In this document: positions 10,019 to 20,003 of the stretch, one piece after another | Numbering within the stretch: the first letter of the stretch is position 1 | How the letters are laid out: each line of letters starts with the position of its first letter | Assembly (NCBI GenBank): GCA_015068865.1 | Contig: SVJT01000001.1 | Coordinates: 6,040-70,039 of the forward strand | Direction: 5' to 3' | DNA length: 64,000 nucleotides | Origin: Oscillospiraceae bacterium | GTDB taxonomy: Bacteria; Bacillota; Clostridia; UBA1381; UBA9506 | Program-made: the position numbers and the translations under genes | The notes under the pieces: generated by a model | The model's database searches: none | The model's input: only the letters and a program-made list of their open reading frames with translations | Told to the model about the DNA's origin: nothing

Positions 10019-10810
10019 TCACCAGAATGCTCTCCAGAGCGCCTGTTCAACCGTGTCACCGGTTACGGTGTAGGTTCTGCCGTCTAAAATCTCCATATAA
10101 GGCTTAACGGAGGGACGGAACAAACGGGTTGCCTCTGTCATTTCCATTTTGCAGGTAATGGGACCGGGAATAACATAAGGCTTGATGGAATCTGCCTTTT
10201 TCACAGCTTCTATGGTCTTTTCATAAATCAGCTGATGAGCCTTTTCCGGCGGTAATAAAGTTCCGCCCAGTCTTGATAATCCTTTTTTCACCTCAGCTGT
10301 GACCACATCGGGCATAATGGCTTTAGCCTCGGCACAAACCTTATCATCACCGCTTACCATAATCACCGGCACGCCCTGCTCACCGGCAATGGCGGCATCT
10401 ACCGCCGTTTCGCCCACTTTAACGCCGTTAATATACATATTCTGCACATCTTTGGAGGAATAAGTATGCTCTAAAATAGCTTCCTGCGTTCCGGCCATAG
10501 CGTGATAACCCAAAAGAATCACCGCATCGAATTCTTCTAAATTAGCATAGCGGCGGTCGCCTACATAACCGCAAACATACCCATCTGCCAAATCGGAGGC
10601 CATTTCCCAGTCAAACATCCAGCCACCACCGTGGCAATCGTGGACATAGACTTTATCCACGCCGGCATCCTTTAAGCCTTTCACGCAGGCATTAATATCG
10701 CCCATTAAATGACGGCGACCCTCCGACACCTGCCAGTGCTCCTCACAGACCTGATCACGGTTATAAATACCGCTGATGCCCTCTATATCAACCATTACAT
10801 ACACATTCAT
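10019..10810 (-). CDS. Peptidase M55 (DppA-type D-aminopeptidase) family protein, copy B
   Basis: Paralogue of 9215..10003 with the same motifs. I place the start at ATG 10810 (SD GGAGGC). The track start at 10864 would overlap a TTGCGA-17-TATAAT promoter. Confidence 0.8.
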   Translation of the reverse strand: MNVYVMVDIEGISGIYNRDQVCEEHWQVSEGRRHLMGDINACVKGLKDAGVDKVYVHDCHGGGWMFDWEMASDLADGYVCGYVGDRRYANLEEFDAVILLGYHAMAGTQEAILEHTYSSKDVQNMYINGVKVGETAVDAAIAGEQGVPVIMVSGDDKVCAEAKAIMPDVVTAEVKKGLSRLGGTLLPPEKAHQLIYEKTIEAVKKADSIKPYVIPGPITCKMEMTEATRLFRPSVKPYMEILDGRTYTVTGDTVEQALWRAFW

Positions 10811-10835
10811 TTTGATAGCCTCCATTCTTTTCTTC

Positions 10836-10864
10836 ATTATATCAACAAAACCGCCTGTTCGCAA
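10836..10864 (-). promoter_or_regulatory. Sigma-A-type promoter of the cytoplasmic enzyme operon (M55-M55-GH2-DUF4091-Gfo-...)
   Basis: Minus strand reads TTGCGA (10864-10859), a 17-nt spacer, then TATAAT (10841-10836), about 25 nt upstream of ATG 10810. Confidence 0.6.
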
Positions 10865-10910
10865 TAAAAAAAGCGGTTTTTACTATTTTTTCATACATAT
10901 TTTAGTATTT

Positions 10911-11459
10911 TTAATTATTTTTTCCTTCTTGAACATTTTCGCCCTTATCATCCTTTTTTCCTTTTACATCTCTTACAATAACAGAAATAATTTGGAAAAT
11001 AAATAAAACAATGTGAGTGAATAAATTTCCGTATGCCGCGGCAAGAAAATCATAGAAAATCCAAATACTTGAATTAACAAAAGCCAGTATGCGATAATAT
11101 TTTGCATTGCTTTGTGCCACGCTCACCACAAAGACCATGGATGCTGCCAAAGCAAATACATCATACCAATGGGCAAAGGTCATTAAATTAATCGAAAGAA
11201 AGATGACCGCATAAACAATGATCAGCCAAAAGGGTACCTTTTTCCCTTTTGAATCAAAAATATAATTAATAAACACTTGCACACAAGCAAAAGCGCAGAT
11301 GGCAGCACCACTGTTTTGCCCTACCATCAGATAGCTTAATCCAACCAAAAAATTCCCTGTAAAGTTCAGGGGCAGGATGGTTTTCATTTTTTTGCCGAAA
11401 GGCTCTATCAGTCCTAAAATTGTTGCTATAAAAGAAGCTATATAAGAAGCGTTTGCCAT
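10911..11459 (-). CDS. Small polytopic membrane protein, YgjV-like
   Basis: 182 aa with five to six hydrophobic helices and a Lys/Asp-rich tail. Length and N-terminal pattern resemble the YgjV (Imp-YgjV) family. SD AGGAGGAA. Confidence 0.5.
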   Translation of the reverse strand: MANASYIASFIATILGLIEPFGKKMKTILPLNFTGNFLVGLSYLMVGQNSGAAICAFACVQVFINYIFDSKGKKVPFWLIIVYAVIFLSINLMTFAHWYDVFALAASMVFVVSVAQSNAKYYRILAFVNSSIWIFYDFLAAAYGNLFTHIVLFIFQIISVIVRDVKGKKDDKGENVQEGKNN

Positions 11460-11520
11460 ATGTTCCTCCTACTAAAAAAATAAACTCATATTCATCAAAG
11501 ATAAATCTATGATGTAAATT

Positions 11521-11549
11521 GCGGGATAAACCTTAAAGGCTTATCCCGC
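11521..11549 (-). terminator. Stem-loop downstream of the first heparinase-like gene (candidate intrinsic terminator)
   Basis: gcgggataa / ttatcccgc 9-bp stem, extendable to about 13 bp with one mismatch, 12 nt after stop codon 11561. The trailing U-tract is weak (AAUUU). Confidence 0.45.
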
Positions 11550-11560
11550 TACTATTACGA

Positions 11561-14500
11561 TTAATAATTTTTAACGTAAATACGTTTTAAGAAGGTTGCC
11601 GCCTGTGCTCTTGTTGCCGTTGCTGCAGGAGCAAAAGTATCTTCGCTCATACCCGCAATGAGACGCATAGCAACCGCTTTTTCTACATAAGGTCTTGCCC
11701 ATTCGGAGGTGGTATCGGCATCTGTGAACTTAGACAAGTCTGCACCGGTGAGCGCTTCGTGGAATTTTTCGTAATACACAACTGCCAGTGCACAAATTTC
11801 TTCACGGGTAATGTTCCGGTCAGGCTTGAAGCCGCCTTCTAACATTGCCGGCGGAATGAGATCTTGTGCCAAAGCACCTTCTATGGCCGGTGTGAACCAG
11901 GATTTTGCACCAATATCGGCAATCTGACCGGTATATTCACCATCGGCAACGCCATATACACGGTTGAGCATGGTGAGGAACGCCGCACGGCTTAAGGTGG
12001 ATTCAGGAGAATATACTCTGTCGGCCACACCGTCTATCATACCGATTTTCGCCATTTCTTCAATGTAACTCTGTGCCCAGCTACCCTCTAAGTCGTCAAA
12101 CATAGTGCCGCTGAAGGGAATGTAGAACTCATTGATGGAGGTCCAGTTGTTCACCGTGTTCTTATAACCGGTTATCTTAATATAACGGGCATAGACTTCA
12201 TCAAAGGTGTAGCTTTCCATCTTATCGGATAAGATGCTTTCGCCTTCCCAGACGGTGGTCCAGTTCTTGTTATCGTTAGAAACCTGAATGTCAAAGGTTT
12301 CTATACGCTTGTTCTGGTTGTTCCAGAACAGCTGAACTTCGCTGACGGGAATGGGTTTACCCATATCGTAACCTACCCACTGGGGACCTTCATTAGACCA
12401 ACCGGAGGACAAGCTACCGTCCAGCATATTGGGAATTTCAACGGCGTTTGCACTGTAGATATAACCCTTAGGTGCATAGGCACTCCAGTTATCTAAGTAT
12501 TCCTGTGCATCGCTGGAGAAGGTGACGGCATAGCCGGTGGTCATTTTGCCGCTTGTAGCTTTCACCACAGCGGTATCTCCCACATTTTCTGCCTGTTCAA
12601 TTTCAATTTTAATGCCGGCACCGGCGGTAGCCGTTAAGGTGCCTACCCGGTCTTCTTTTAAGGTGTAAACGGTTTTATCTTCTGCAAAGCCCTGTAATTT
12701 CACGCCGTCTAAGTAAATGCCGGTGAGCTTCACAGGTTCTTCCAAGAGTGTATCCCACTGATTTAAGGGGATAATTTCATCCATGGTGAAGGTATAAGAT
12801 TTTTCACCGTAATAAGGTGTAAACAACAATGAGAAGGTTGCACTGCCGGAAACATTGGCTGTTACTGCCAACTTGCGGTAACCGGTGTTTGCTTCATTCT
12901 GTACATCCGGCGAGGTGGGCAGAGCTGATGCCTCCATTTCGGACAAGGTTGCATTACAGTTGGACTTTAAGACAACCTTCATCTGCTTGTCGCCCTTTGA
13001 GTTAGTTAAAATGGCTTCCTTGCCGCCCTTTAAGATGTCAATCTTAGCAGCGGTGTGTACAAAGGAATATACTTCGCAAGGCTCAATCACAGAAACTTCA
13101 TCCTGTAATAAGAAGGCATTTCGGCCGTCAATCAGAGCAAAACCACGTCTTGCAGAGGATGCCGTTTTAGAGTAAGCGTCTGTCTGGTCAACAATGGCAT
13201 AACTTGCCCAGGGCTGTGATGCTGTCTTTTCAATGGGAGAAACGTTGTAGTGCTTCTGGTCAACAAAGTCATCACCATCCGCCTGTTTATCCACTTCCCA
13301 AGCCGAACCCTGATCCACACCGGGGCCGATAACCAAGGTGTTCATACCTTCGGCACGGTTTCTGTAATACTGGTAACGCTGGGAACCAAACATACCGGGC
13401 AGATTATAGTTTGCCGTGTTGATAATGGATGCCCAACGGAAGCCCTGAGATTCCAGTACGAAAGTACCGGTATCCAAACGGGCATGGGTTGCAACGTTTG
13501 CATTGTTACCTTTATAGGCAACAAAGAAACCGGTGTTACCCGCATCCCAGCTGGCACGCATAGAACCAACCTGAGCTTCACCTTCGGTGTAGGCAACATC
13601 TAAGGGCATATTGTGGCGCCATTCTTTATATTCTTCTTTGTGTTCGGGGCGGTACATTAAAATACTGTAGGTACTCTTTACCTTTGCTTCATAGATTCGA
13701 CCGGCATCTTCGTTACGGTCAAATACGTGACCGATTAAGAAGTCACCTACTACACTACAGAAACGGGGAGAACCATCATAATAGTTAAAGGAGATGCCGC
13801 CGTTGCCGTGCATATTCACAATAGCACGGGAGCTGTTTTCCATACCGAATTCATCTAAAATGGAGAAACGGAAGTAGAGCTCTTTATCCTCTAAGGTGTT
13901 ATAGAGTGCTTCTTCATAAGCAAAGTAGTTGGTCATACAGTAGTTCCAGTAGTCCAAACCTTCAAAGGGGCTGCCATCCGGCGCATAGTGGCGGAACAGA
14001 ATACGCAGTGCAATGTGCAAACGGTTTAAATACTGGTTGGCAACCATTTCGTAACCCGGTGTATCGGCAATAGCCAATGCACACATACCCACACCGGAGT
14101 TAATGATGGCATTCCAGTTGGTATCCTGGGTTGCCGCACCGTTGTTACGGAGCAGGTTACCCCAGTAGAACTTCAGCGCATATAAAATCATGGCGTTTCT
14201 TGCCATCATACGCTGTTCTTCTGTCCAGTGGTTATACATCAGGTCATAAGAAACAGCCGCACTACGGGAAATATCACCAATGGAAAGTTCAGACTTACCG
14301 CCCGGGTTCCAGGTGCTTGTGCCTTTGGTTAATACCAGCCAGTTTTGCCAGCAGGCATCGGCATATTTCTGGTCGCCGGTTAAATTGTAAGCCAGTGCCA
14401 GATCCATAGCACGACCGCCGGCCGTGTTCGGGCTGGTGGTGGTGGCTTCTGCCGCACCGTTACAGGTTGCTAAAAAGTCCGGGATAATAGCATTTAAATA

Positions 14501-15742
14501 TTCATCGGTTTTATAGTTTTCTTTCATCCAATCAAGCTCTTCCTGAGTTGCTAAAAGACGAGGATGCTGATTGTTGGGGTATTTGTTCTTAATGTGTTCC
14601 GCAAAATCATAAAAGCCTTCTTCCATGGGCGGAATGTTTTCAATATACTGAGGCTCCTGCCACAGAACTTCATAGTCAATATTCTTTAAAGTAATTTTTT
14701 CAATATAGGTCTCTGAGTTGTTCAAGTAGTCACTGGTTTCATACCACCAGAGCTGAATGGCATTAATCTGATCCCATCCTAAGGGCACACCGCCGGCGGA
14801 GAAGGAACCTAACTGCAGCTGCACATCACGCCATTCATCGTCCCAGTCAAGCACTATATCCATGTAGTAATAGTCATTACTTTCGTTGGTATAGTCATCG
14901 GAACGAATGGCAACACGGATGCTGTCACCGGTTGCTACTTTATTATACATTTTAAACTCAATGGTGTTATAAGGCGTGAAGTCGGTAGTCGCCACACTCA
15001 TATCATTAAAGTTAAAGCCGGCAGCACCGATTTTACCTTCGGTTGCTTTATTATCGGTAAAATTAACAGCATAGGTGGTTTTACCCGGTGCTTTCTTTAA
15101 GCTTGCATTTAAAGAACTAAAGCTTGCCATTGACGCCGCCAGACCGGATTGGCTGGTTAAGTCAAAGAGCACCATATCGCCGCTCTGAGTATCACTTACA
15201 GTTTGTTCTACATTGACAAACATACTGTCAATATAAAGGTCAACGGTCGGTTTAATGCTGGTACCTTTATAACCGGGCCACAGTTCTACTCCGGTAACCT
15301 TATCAAATCCCAAAGGATTTCCATTCTTTTCAAAGGATTCTAAGGGCAGGGTGATGAGTTGCCAACCTTTACCCATAATTGATACGGTTGTACCGTAATA
15401 ATCCAAACCGGCAGTTTCTTCATTATCAGAAATAATGCCTAAACCGAAGGAAGAACTTTCTTTAATAGAAGAATAAACCCAAAATTCTAAAAAGGCACCG
15501 GAAGACCAGTCACTTTTAGCCGGTAAGGAAACGGTTTTTGCCAAATCGGCACCACCCCAACGGAGGGTAAATTTAGAACTTTTGGAATACGCGCTGCTGA
15601 CTGCAAGGCCGGTTATTTCAGCCATGGAAGAATCATCCATATCCACAACCTTCACACTTGCTTCATCGGCAAGAACCAACGGTGTGCAAAGACTGAGTAC
15701 AAGCATAACAGTCAAAAGCATTGTTAAAAATCTTTTAAACAT
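11561..15742 (-). CDS. Secreted heparinase II/III-like (polysaccharide-lyase-like) protein with F5/8 type C domain and C-terminal SLH repeats (paralogue P1)
   Basis: Signal peptide MFKRFLTMLLTVMLVLSLCTPLVLADE. Two N-terminal ~170-aa beta-sandwich-like modules. HPRLLATQEELDWM, NWNAIINSG, DYWNY, ATHARLDTGTFVLES and RNRAEGMNTLVIG are heparinase II/III-type strings. The discoidin-like segment ends in NWTSINEF. Three SLH repeats lie at about 11564..12100 (FDDLEGSWAQSYIEEM...). Confidence 0.8.
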   Translation of the reverse strand: MFKRFLTMLLTVMLVLSLCTPLVLADEASVKVVDMDDSSMAEITGLAVSSAYSKSSKFTLRWGGADLAKTVSLPAKSDWSSGAFLEFWVYSSIKESSSFGLGIISDNEETAGLDYYGTTVSIMGKGWQLITLPLESFEKNGNPLGFDKVTGVELWPGYKGTSIKPTVDLYIDSMFVNVEQTVSDTQSGDMVLFDLTSQSGLAASMASFSSLNASLKKAPGKTTYAVNFTDNKATEGKIGAAGFNFNDMSVATTDFTPYNTIEFKMYNKVATGDSIRVAIRSDDYTNESNDYYYMDIVLDWDDEWRDVQLQLGSFSAGGVPLGWDQINAIQLWWYETSDYLNNSETYIEKITLKNIDYEVLWQEPQYIENIPPMEEGFYDFAEHIKNKYPNNQHPRLLATQEELDWMKENYKTDEYLNAIIPDFLATCNGAAEATTTSPNTAGGRAMDLALAYNLTGDQKYADACWQNWLVLTKGTSTWNPGGKSELSIGDISRSAAVSYDLMYNHWTEEQRMMARNAMILYALKFYWGNLLRNNGAATQDTNWNAIINSGVGMCALAIADTPGYEMVANQYLNRLHIALRILFRHYAPDGSPFEGLDYWNYCMTNYFAYEEALYNTLEDKELYFRFSILDEFGMENSSRAIVNMHGNGGISFNYYDGSPRFCSVVGDFLIGHVFDRNEDAGRIYEAKVKSTYSILMYRPEHKEEYKEWRHNMPLDVAYTEGEAQVGSMRASWDAGNTGFFVAYKGNNANVATHARLDTGTFVLESQGFRWASIINTANYNLPGMFGSQRYQYYRNRAEGMNTLVIGPGVDQGSAWEVDKQADGDDFVDQKHYNVSPIEKTASQPWASYAIVDQTDAYSKTASSARRGFALIDGRNAFLLQDEVSVIEPCEVYSFVHTAAKIDILKGGKEAILTNSKGDKQMKVVLKSNCNATLSEMEASALPTSPDVQNEANTGYRKLAVTANVSGSATFSLLFTPYYGEKSYTFTMDEIIPLNQWDTLLEEPVKLTGIYLDGVKLQGFAEDKTVYTLKEDRVGTLTATAGAGIKIEIEQAENVGDTAVVKATSGKMTTGYAVTFSSDAQEYLDNWSAYAPKGYIYSANAVEIPNMLDGSLSSGWSNEGPQWVGYDMGKPIPVSEVQLFWNNQNKRIETFDIQVSNDNKNWTTVWEGESILSDKMESYTFDEVYARYIKITGYKNTVNNWTSINEFYIPFSGTMFDDLEGSWAQSYIEEMAKIGMIDGVADRVYSPESTLSRAAFLTMLNRVYGVADGEYTGQIADIGAKSWFTPAIEGALAQDLIPPAMLEGGFKPDRNITREEICALAVVYYEKFHEALTGADLSKFTDADTTSEWARPYVEKAVAMRLIAGMSEDTFAPAATATRAQAATFLKRIYVKNY

Positions 15743-15760
15743 AATAACGCTCCTTTATCG

Positions 15761-15794
15761 GTTATTCTAACGGCATTGCTGCCGTTAGAATAAC
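15761..15794 (-). promoter_or_regulatory. Perfect 15-bp stem-loop between the P2 stop and the P1 SD
   Basis: gttattctaacggca-ttgc-tgccgttagaataac. On the mRNA it is followed by CCGAUAAAGGAGCGUUAUUAUG with no U-tract. Confidence 0.6.
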
Positions 15795-15811
15795 AAAATC
15801 ACCACTACTTT

Positions 15812-18800
15812 TTAAAACGTTTTAACAAAAATACGTTTTAAGAAGGTTGCCGCTTGTGCACGGGTTGCATTGTCTGCCGGTGCAAAGGTGTCCTCTGTCA
15901 TGCCCGCAATCAAGCGAATGGCAATAGCCTTTTCAACAAAGGGTTTTGCCCATTCTGAGGTACTGTCAGCATCTGTAAACTTTTCGAGACTTGTGCCGGT
16001 AATCTCACCGTGGAATTTTTCATAGTATAAAACTGCCAGTGCACAAATTTCTTCACGGGTAATGTTACGGTTGGGTTTAAAACCACCTTGCAGCATTGCT
16101 TCAGGAATTAAATTTTGTGCATAGGCACCCTCAATGGCTGCTGTATACCAATCACTTTCACCAATGTCTGCAATCTGACCGGTATATTCACCGTCCGAAA
16201 TCTTATAAGCACGGTTCAGCATCGTTACAAATGCTGCACGGCTCAAGGAATCGTCGGGAGAATATACTCTGTCTGCAATACCTTCCACCAAACCGATTTT
16301 TGCCATATCTTCAATATAATCTTTTGCCCAGCACTCGTCTAAATCATCAAAGTTTGTGCCGTCAGATACAACATAGAACTCATTAATGGATGTCCAGTTG
16401 TTGGCTGTATTTTTATAGCCTTCAATTTTAACATAACGGGCATAGACTTCATCAAAGGTATAACTTTCAATTTTTTCGGAAAGGATACTTTCACCTTCCC
16501 AAACAGTGGTCCAGTTTTCATTATCATTAGAAACCTGAATGTCAAAGGTCTCCGTACGCTTATGCTGGTTGTTCCAGAAAAGCTGAACTTCGCGGACCGG
16601 CTTGGATTTGCCTAAATCATAGCCAACCCACTGAGGACCTTCATTGGCCCAGCTGGTGTTCACATCACCATCTAACATCAAAGGAATTTGTGCTAAGTTC
16701 GTGCTGTAAATATACCCTTTAGGCGGATAGGTTTTGTAGTTATCTAAATATTCCTGTGCTGCCGATGCATAGGTTACGGCATAAGTGGTAGAGGTCTTTC
16801 CGTCAGAAGCCTTAATAACTGCGGTACCGCCAATTTTGTTTGCCTGCAGGACTTCAACTCTGATGCCCGGGGCGGCTGTGGCGGTAATGGTACCCAGTCT
16901 ATCCTCTTTCAACGTATAAACCGATTTATTTTCTTTGAAATCCTGTAATTTCACACCATCTAAATAAATGCCGGTAAGCTTGATAGGCTCTGCCAGGAAG
17001 GTATCCCACTGATTAATGGGAACTATTTCTTCCATCTTAAAGGTATATTCGTTAGCACCGTAATACGGTGTGAATAACAACGCAATTTTTGCATTTTTCT
17101 TAACATTTGCCACAACAGCCAATTTACGGTAATGGGGATTTGCCGTGTTCTGCACATTGGGAGATGTGGGCAATTTTTCTGCCGGCATATCCTTTAACTT
17201 GGCATCACAGTCAGATAAAAGGGTTACTTTCATTCTCTTGTTCTGCATGGTTAGGATGGCTTCTTTTTCACCAGGCATAATGATAATATCTGCCGCTGTG
17301 TGAGCAAAAGAATATACATCACAAGGCTGTTTTACCGTAATTTCATCCTGCAGCAAGAATGCATTTCGACCGTCAATTAACGCAAAACCACGTTTAACGG
17401 AGTTTGCTGTTACACTATATGTATCTGTTAAATTTAAGACCGCATAAGATGCCCAGTCTCTTGCACCTGTTTTTTCGATGGGGGCAATGCTGTAAGTCTT
17501 CTGATCAACAAAGTCATCGCCATCGGCCTGGTTGTCACCGCCTGCTCTGTTGGTACCCTGATGAACACCGGGACCAATGACCAGAGTGTTCATGCCTTCG
17601 GCACGGTTTCTGTAATACTGATAACGCTGAGACCCGAACATACCGGGCAGGTTATAGTTTTCCGTATCAATAACGGATACCCAACGCTGACCCTGAGATT
17701 CCAGTACATAACAACCGGCATCTAAGCGACCATGGGTTGCCGCATTGGCATTGTTGCCTTTATAACCGATATAAAAACCCTGATTGCCGGCATCCCAGCT
17801 GGTACGGATAGAACCTACCTGAGCTTCACCTTCGGTGTAAGCACGGTCAATCTGCATATTGTCACGCCAGGTTTTATAAGCTTCAATATTTTCAGGGACA
17901 TACTGCAAAATACCGTAAGTTGATACTTCTTTGGTTTCAAAGGCTCGACCGGCATCCTGAGGACGGTCAAAGAGATTTGCTACGAAAAAGTCTCCCGGCA
18001 CCGTACAGTTACGGGGACGGCCGTCGAAATAGTTAAAGGAGTTTCCGCTGGGACCATGCATATACTGCACCGCTTCAATGCTGTTTTCCATTCCGTATTC
18101 ATCCAGCATAGAGAACCGGAAAAAGAGGTCTTTATCCCCTAAGGTGTTATAGAGCGCTTCTTCATAAGCAAAGTAGTTATTCATACAGTAGTTCCAGTAG
18201 TCAAGACCTTCAAAGGGGCTGCCATCTGAATCATAGTGCTGGAACAACAGGCGAAGGGCATTGGGAATGCGGTTTAAATACTGGTTTGCCACCCCTTCAT
18301 AGCCCGGATCGTCAGCAATAGCTAAAGCACACATACCCACACCGGAGTTAATGATGGCGTTCCAGTTGGTTTCCTGTGTGGCCGCACCATTGGTACGGAG
18401 CAGAGTACCCCAGCGATGTTCAAGAGCATAAATCATCATAGCATTTCTTGCCATCATGCGCTGTTCTTCTGTCCAATAATTGTACATCAAGTCATAACAC
18501 ACTGCCGCTGTACGAGAGGTATCACCAATCTGCAGCATGGATTTTCCGCCCGGATCCCAACTGCTGGTGCCTTTTGTCATGACCTCCCACTTGTCCCAGC
18601 AGGCATCGGCATATTTCTCATCGCCTGTCAGGTGATAGGCCAATGCCAGGGCTGCTGCGTTACTGGAGGTGGCATCCATATCATTGGGGTCGGCTACTTT
18701 TTCTGCATAACCGTCACAAAGATTTAAGAAGTTGGGAACAACTTCACTTAGATATTCATCGGTTTTATAGTTGTCCCGAATCCAGTCCAGCTCTTCCTGA

Positions 18801-19996
18801 GTTGCCAGAAGTCGGGGATGCTGATTGTTGGGGAATTTTTCTTTAATGTGTTCCGCAAAGTCGAACCAGCCCTCGTCCATGGGTGGTACGTTTTCGATAT
18901 AACGGGGACTCTCCCACCGTTTGTTATAATCTACATTACGAAGAATAAAGTGTTCAATATAAACTTCAGAATCGTGTTTCTTATCCTCAGACTCATACCA
19001 CCAAATCTGGACAGCATTAATCTGATCCCAACCTAAGGGTACGCCACCGGCAGATAAAGAATCAAGCTTAAACTGAACGGTTTTCCATTCTTCTTCCCAG
19101 TCTAAAACAATCTCACCCACATAATAGTCGTTGGCTTCTGTGTTCACATCATCAGAACGCATTGCAATACGCAGCGCATCGTTGGTGGCACGTTTATTAT
19201 AAATCGAAACTTCCAGAGTGTTATAAGGGGTAAAGTCGGAGGTGGCAACGCTCATATCGTCAAAATATACACCACCGGCTGTACCTGTTCCTTCTGTTCT
19301 TTTTACATCGGTTAAGTGCAGTGCATTTGTGTTCTTACCCGGTGCTTTCTTCAAATTACAGTTTAATGTGTTGAAAGATGCCCGTGAAGCTGCAACCCCT
19401 GCCTGACTGGTTAAGTCAAACAGCACAAAGTCGCCTGATTGTATCTCTGTCACAGAGGGATACTTCACAACAAACATACTGTCAAAATAAAGCTCAATGG
19501 TAGACTTCATTTTAGCTCCTTTATAACCGGGCCATAATTCCACTCTGTCTACACAATCAAACCCTGCCGGCTCACCGCTTTTTTCAAAGGACTCAAAAGG
19601 CAGATTAATCAGTTGCCAACCCTTATCTAAAACGGATACCGTTGCTACATAATAATCTAATCCTTCTGTTGCAGCATTATCAGAAATAATGCTTAAGCCG
19701 AAGGAAGTTTTTTCTTTCACGGAGGAATAAATCCAAAATTCTAAATAGTTACCTGCAGACCAATCGCTTTTGGCCGGAAGCGAAACTGTTTTTGTTAAAT
19801 CAACACCACTCCAACGAAGGGTGAATTTAGAACTTTTGGAATAAGCACTGCTGACTGCAAGACCGGTAAGCTCTGCCATGGAAGAATCATCCATATCCAC
19901 AACCTTTACACTGGTCTCATCTGCATTGGCAAAGGGTATGCAAAGACCTAAAACAAGCACGACTGTCAACAGCATCGTTAAAAATCTTTTAAACAT
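15812..19996 (-). CDS. Secreted heparinase II/III-like protein with F5/8 type C domain and C-terminal SLH repeats (paralogue P2)
   Basis: Same architecture and motifs as P1 (NWNAIINSG, DYWNY, ATHGRLDAGCYVLES, NWTSINEF, SLH repeats at about 15815..16350). Start moved to ATG 19996 (MFKRFLTMLL, SD AAAGGAG). The track start at 20023 lies inside the upstream stem-loop. Confidence 0.8.
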   Translation of the reverse strand: MFKRFLTMLLTVVLVLGLCIPFANADETSVKVVDMDDSSMAELTGLAVSSAYSKSSKFTLRWSGVDLTKTVSLPAKSDWSAGNYLEFWIYSSVKEKTSFGLSIISDNAATEGLDYYVATVSVLDKGWQLINLPFESFEKSGEPAGFDCVDRVELWPGYKGAKMKSTIELYFDSMFVVKYPSVTEIQSGDFVLFDLTSQAGVAASRASFNTLNCNLKKAPGKNTNALHLTDVKRTEGTGTAGGVYFDDMSVATSDFTPYNTLEVSIYNKRATNDALRIAMRSDDVNTEANDYYVGEIVLDWEEEWKTVQFKLDSLSAGGVPLGWDQINAVQIWWYESEDKKHDSEVYIEHFILRNVDYNKRWESPRYIENVPPMDEGWFDFAEHIKEKFPNNQHPRLLATQEELDWIRDNYKTDEYLSEVVPNFLNLCDGYAEKVADPNDMDATSSNAAALALAYHLTGDEKYADACWDKWEVMTKGTSSWDPGGKSMLQIGDTSRTAAVCYDLMYNYWTEEQRMMARNAMMIYALEHRWGTLLRTNGAATQETNWNAIINSGVGMCALAIADDPGYEGVANQYLNRIPNALRLLFQHYDSDGSPFEGLDYWNYCMNNYFAYEEALYNTLGDKDLFFRFSMLDEYGMENSIEAVQYMHGPSGNSFNYFDGRPRNCTVPGDFFVANLFDRPQDAGRAFETKEVSTYGILQYVPENIEAYKTWRDNMQIDRAYTEGEAQVGSIRTSWDAGNQGFYIGYKGNNANAATHGRLDAGCYVLESQGQRWVSVIDTENYNLPGMFGSQRYQYYRNRAEGMNTLVIGPGVHQGTNRAGGDNQADGDDFVDQKTYSIAPIEKTGARDWASYAVLNLTDTYSVTANSVKRGFALIDGRNAFLLQDEITVKQPCDVYSFAHTAADIIIMPGEKEAILTMQNKRMKVTLLSDCDAKLKDMPAEKLPTSPNVQNTANPHYRKLAVVANVKKNAKIALLFTPYYGANEYTFKMEEIVPINQWDTFLAEPIKLTGIYLDGVKLQDFKENKSVYTLKEDRLGTITATAAPGIRVEVLQANKIGGTAVIKASDGKTSTTYAVTYASAAQEYLDNYKTYPPKGYIYSTNLAQIPLMLDGDVNTSWANEGPQWVGYDLGKSKPVREVQLFWNNQHKRTETFDIQVSNDNENWTTVWEGESILSEKIESYTFDEVYARYVKIEGYKNTANNWTSINEFYVVSDGTNFDDLDECWAKDYIEDMAKIGLVEGIADRVYSPDDSLSRAAFVTMLNRAYKISDGEYTGQIADIGESDWYTAAIEGAYAQNLIPEAMLQGGFKPNRNITREEICALAVLYYEKFHGEITGTSLEKFTDADSTSEWAKPFVEKAIAIRLIAGMTEDTFAPADNATRAQAATFLKRIFVKTF

Positions 19997-20003
19997 AATA
20001 ATG

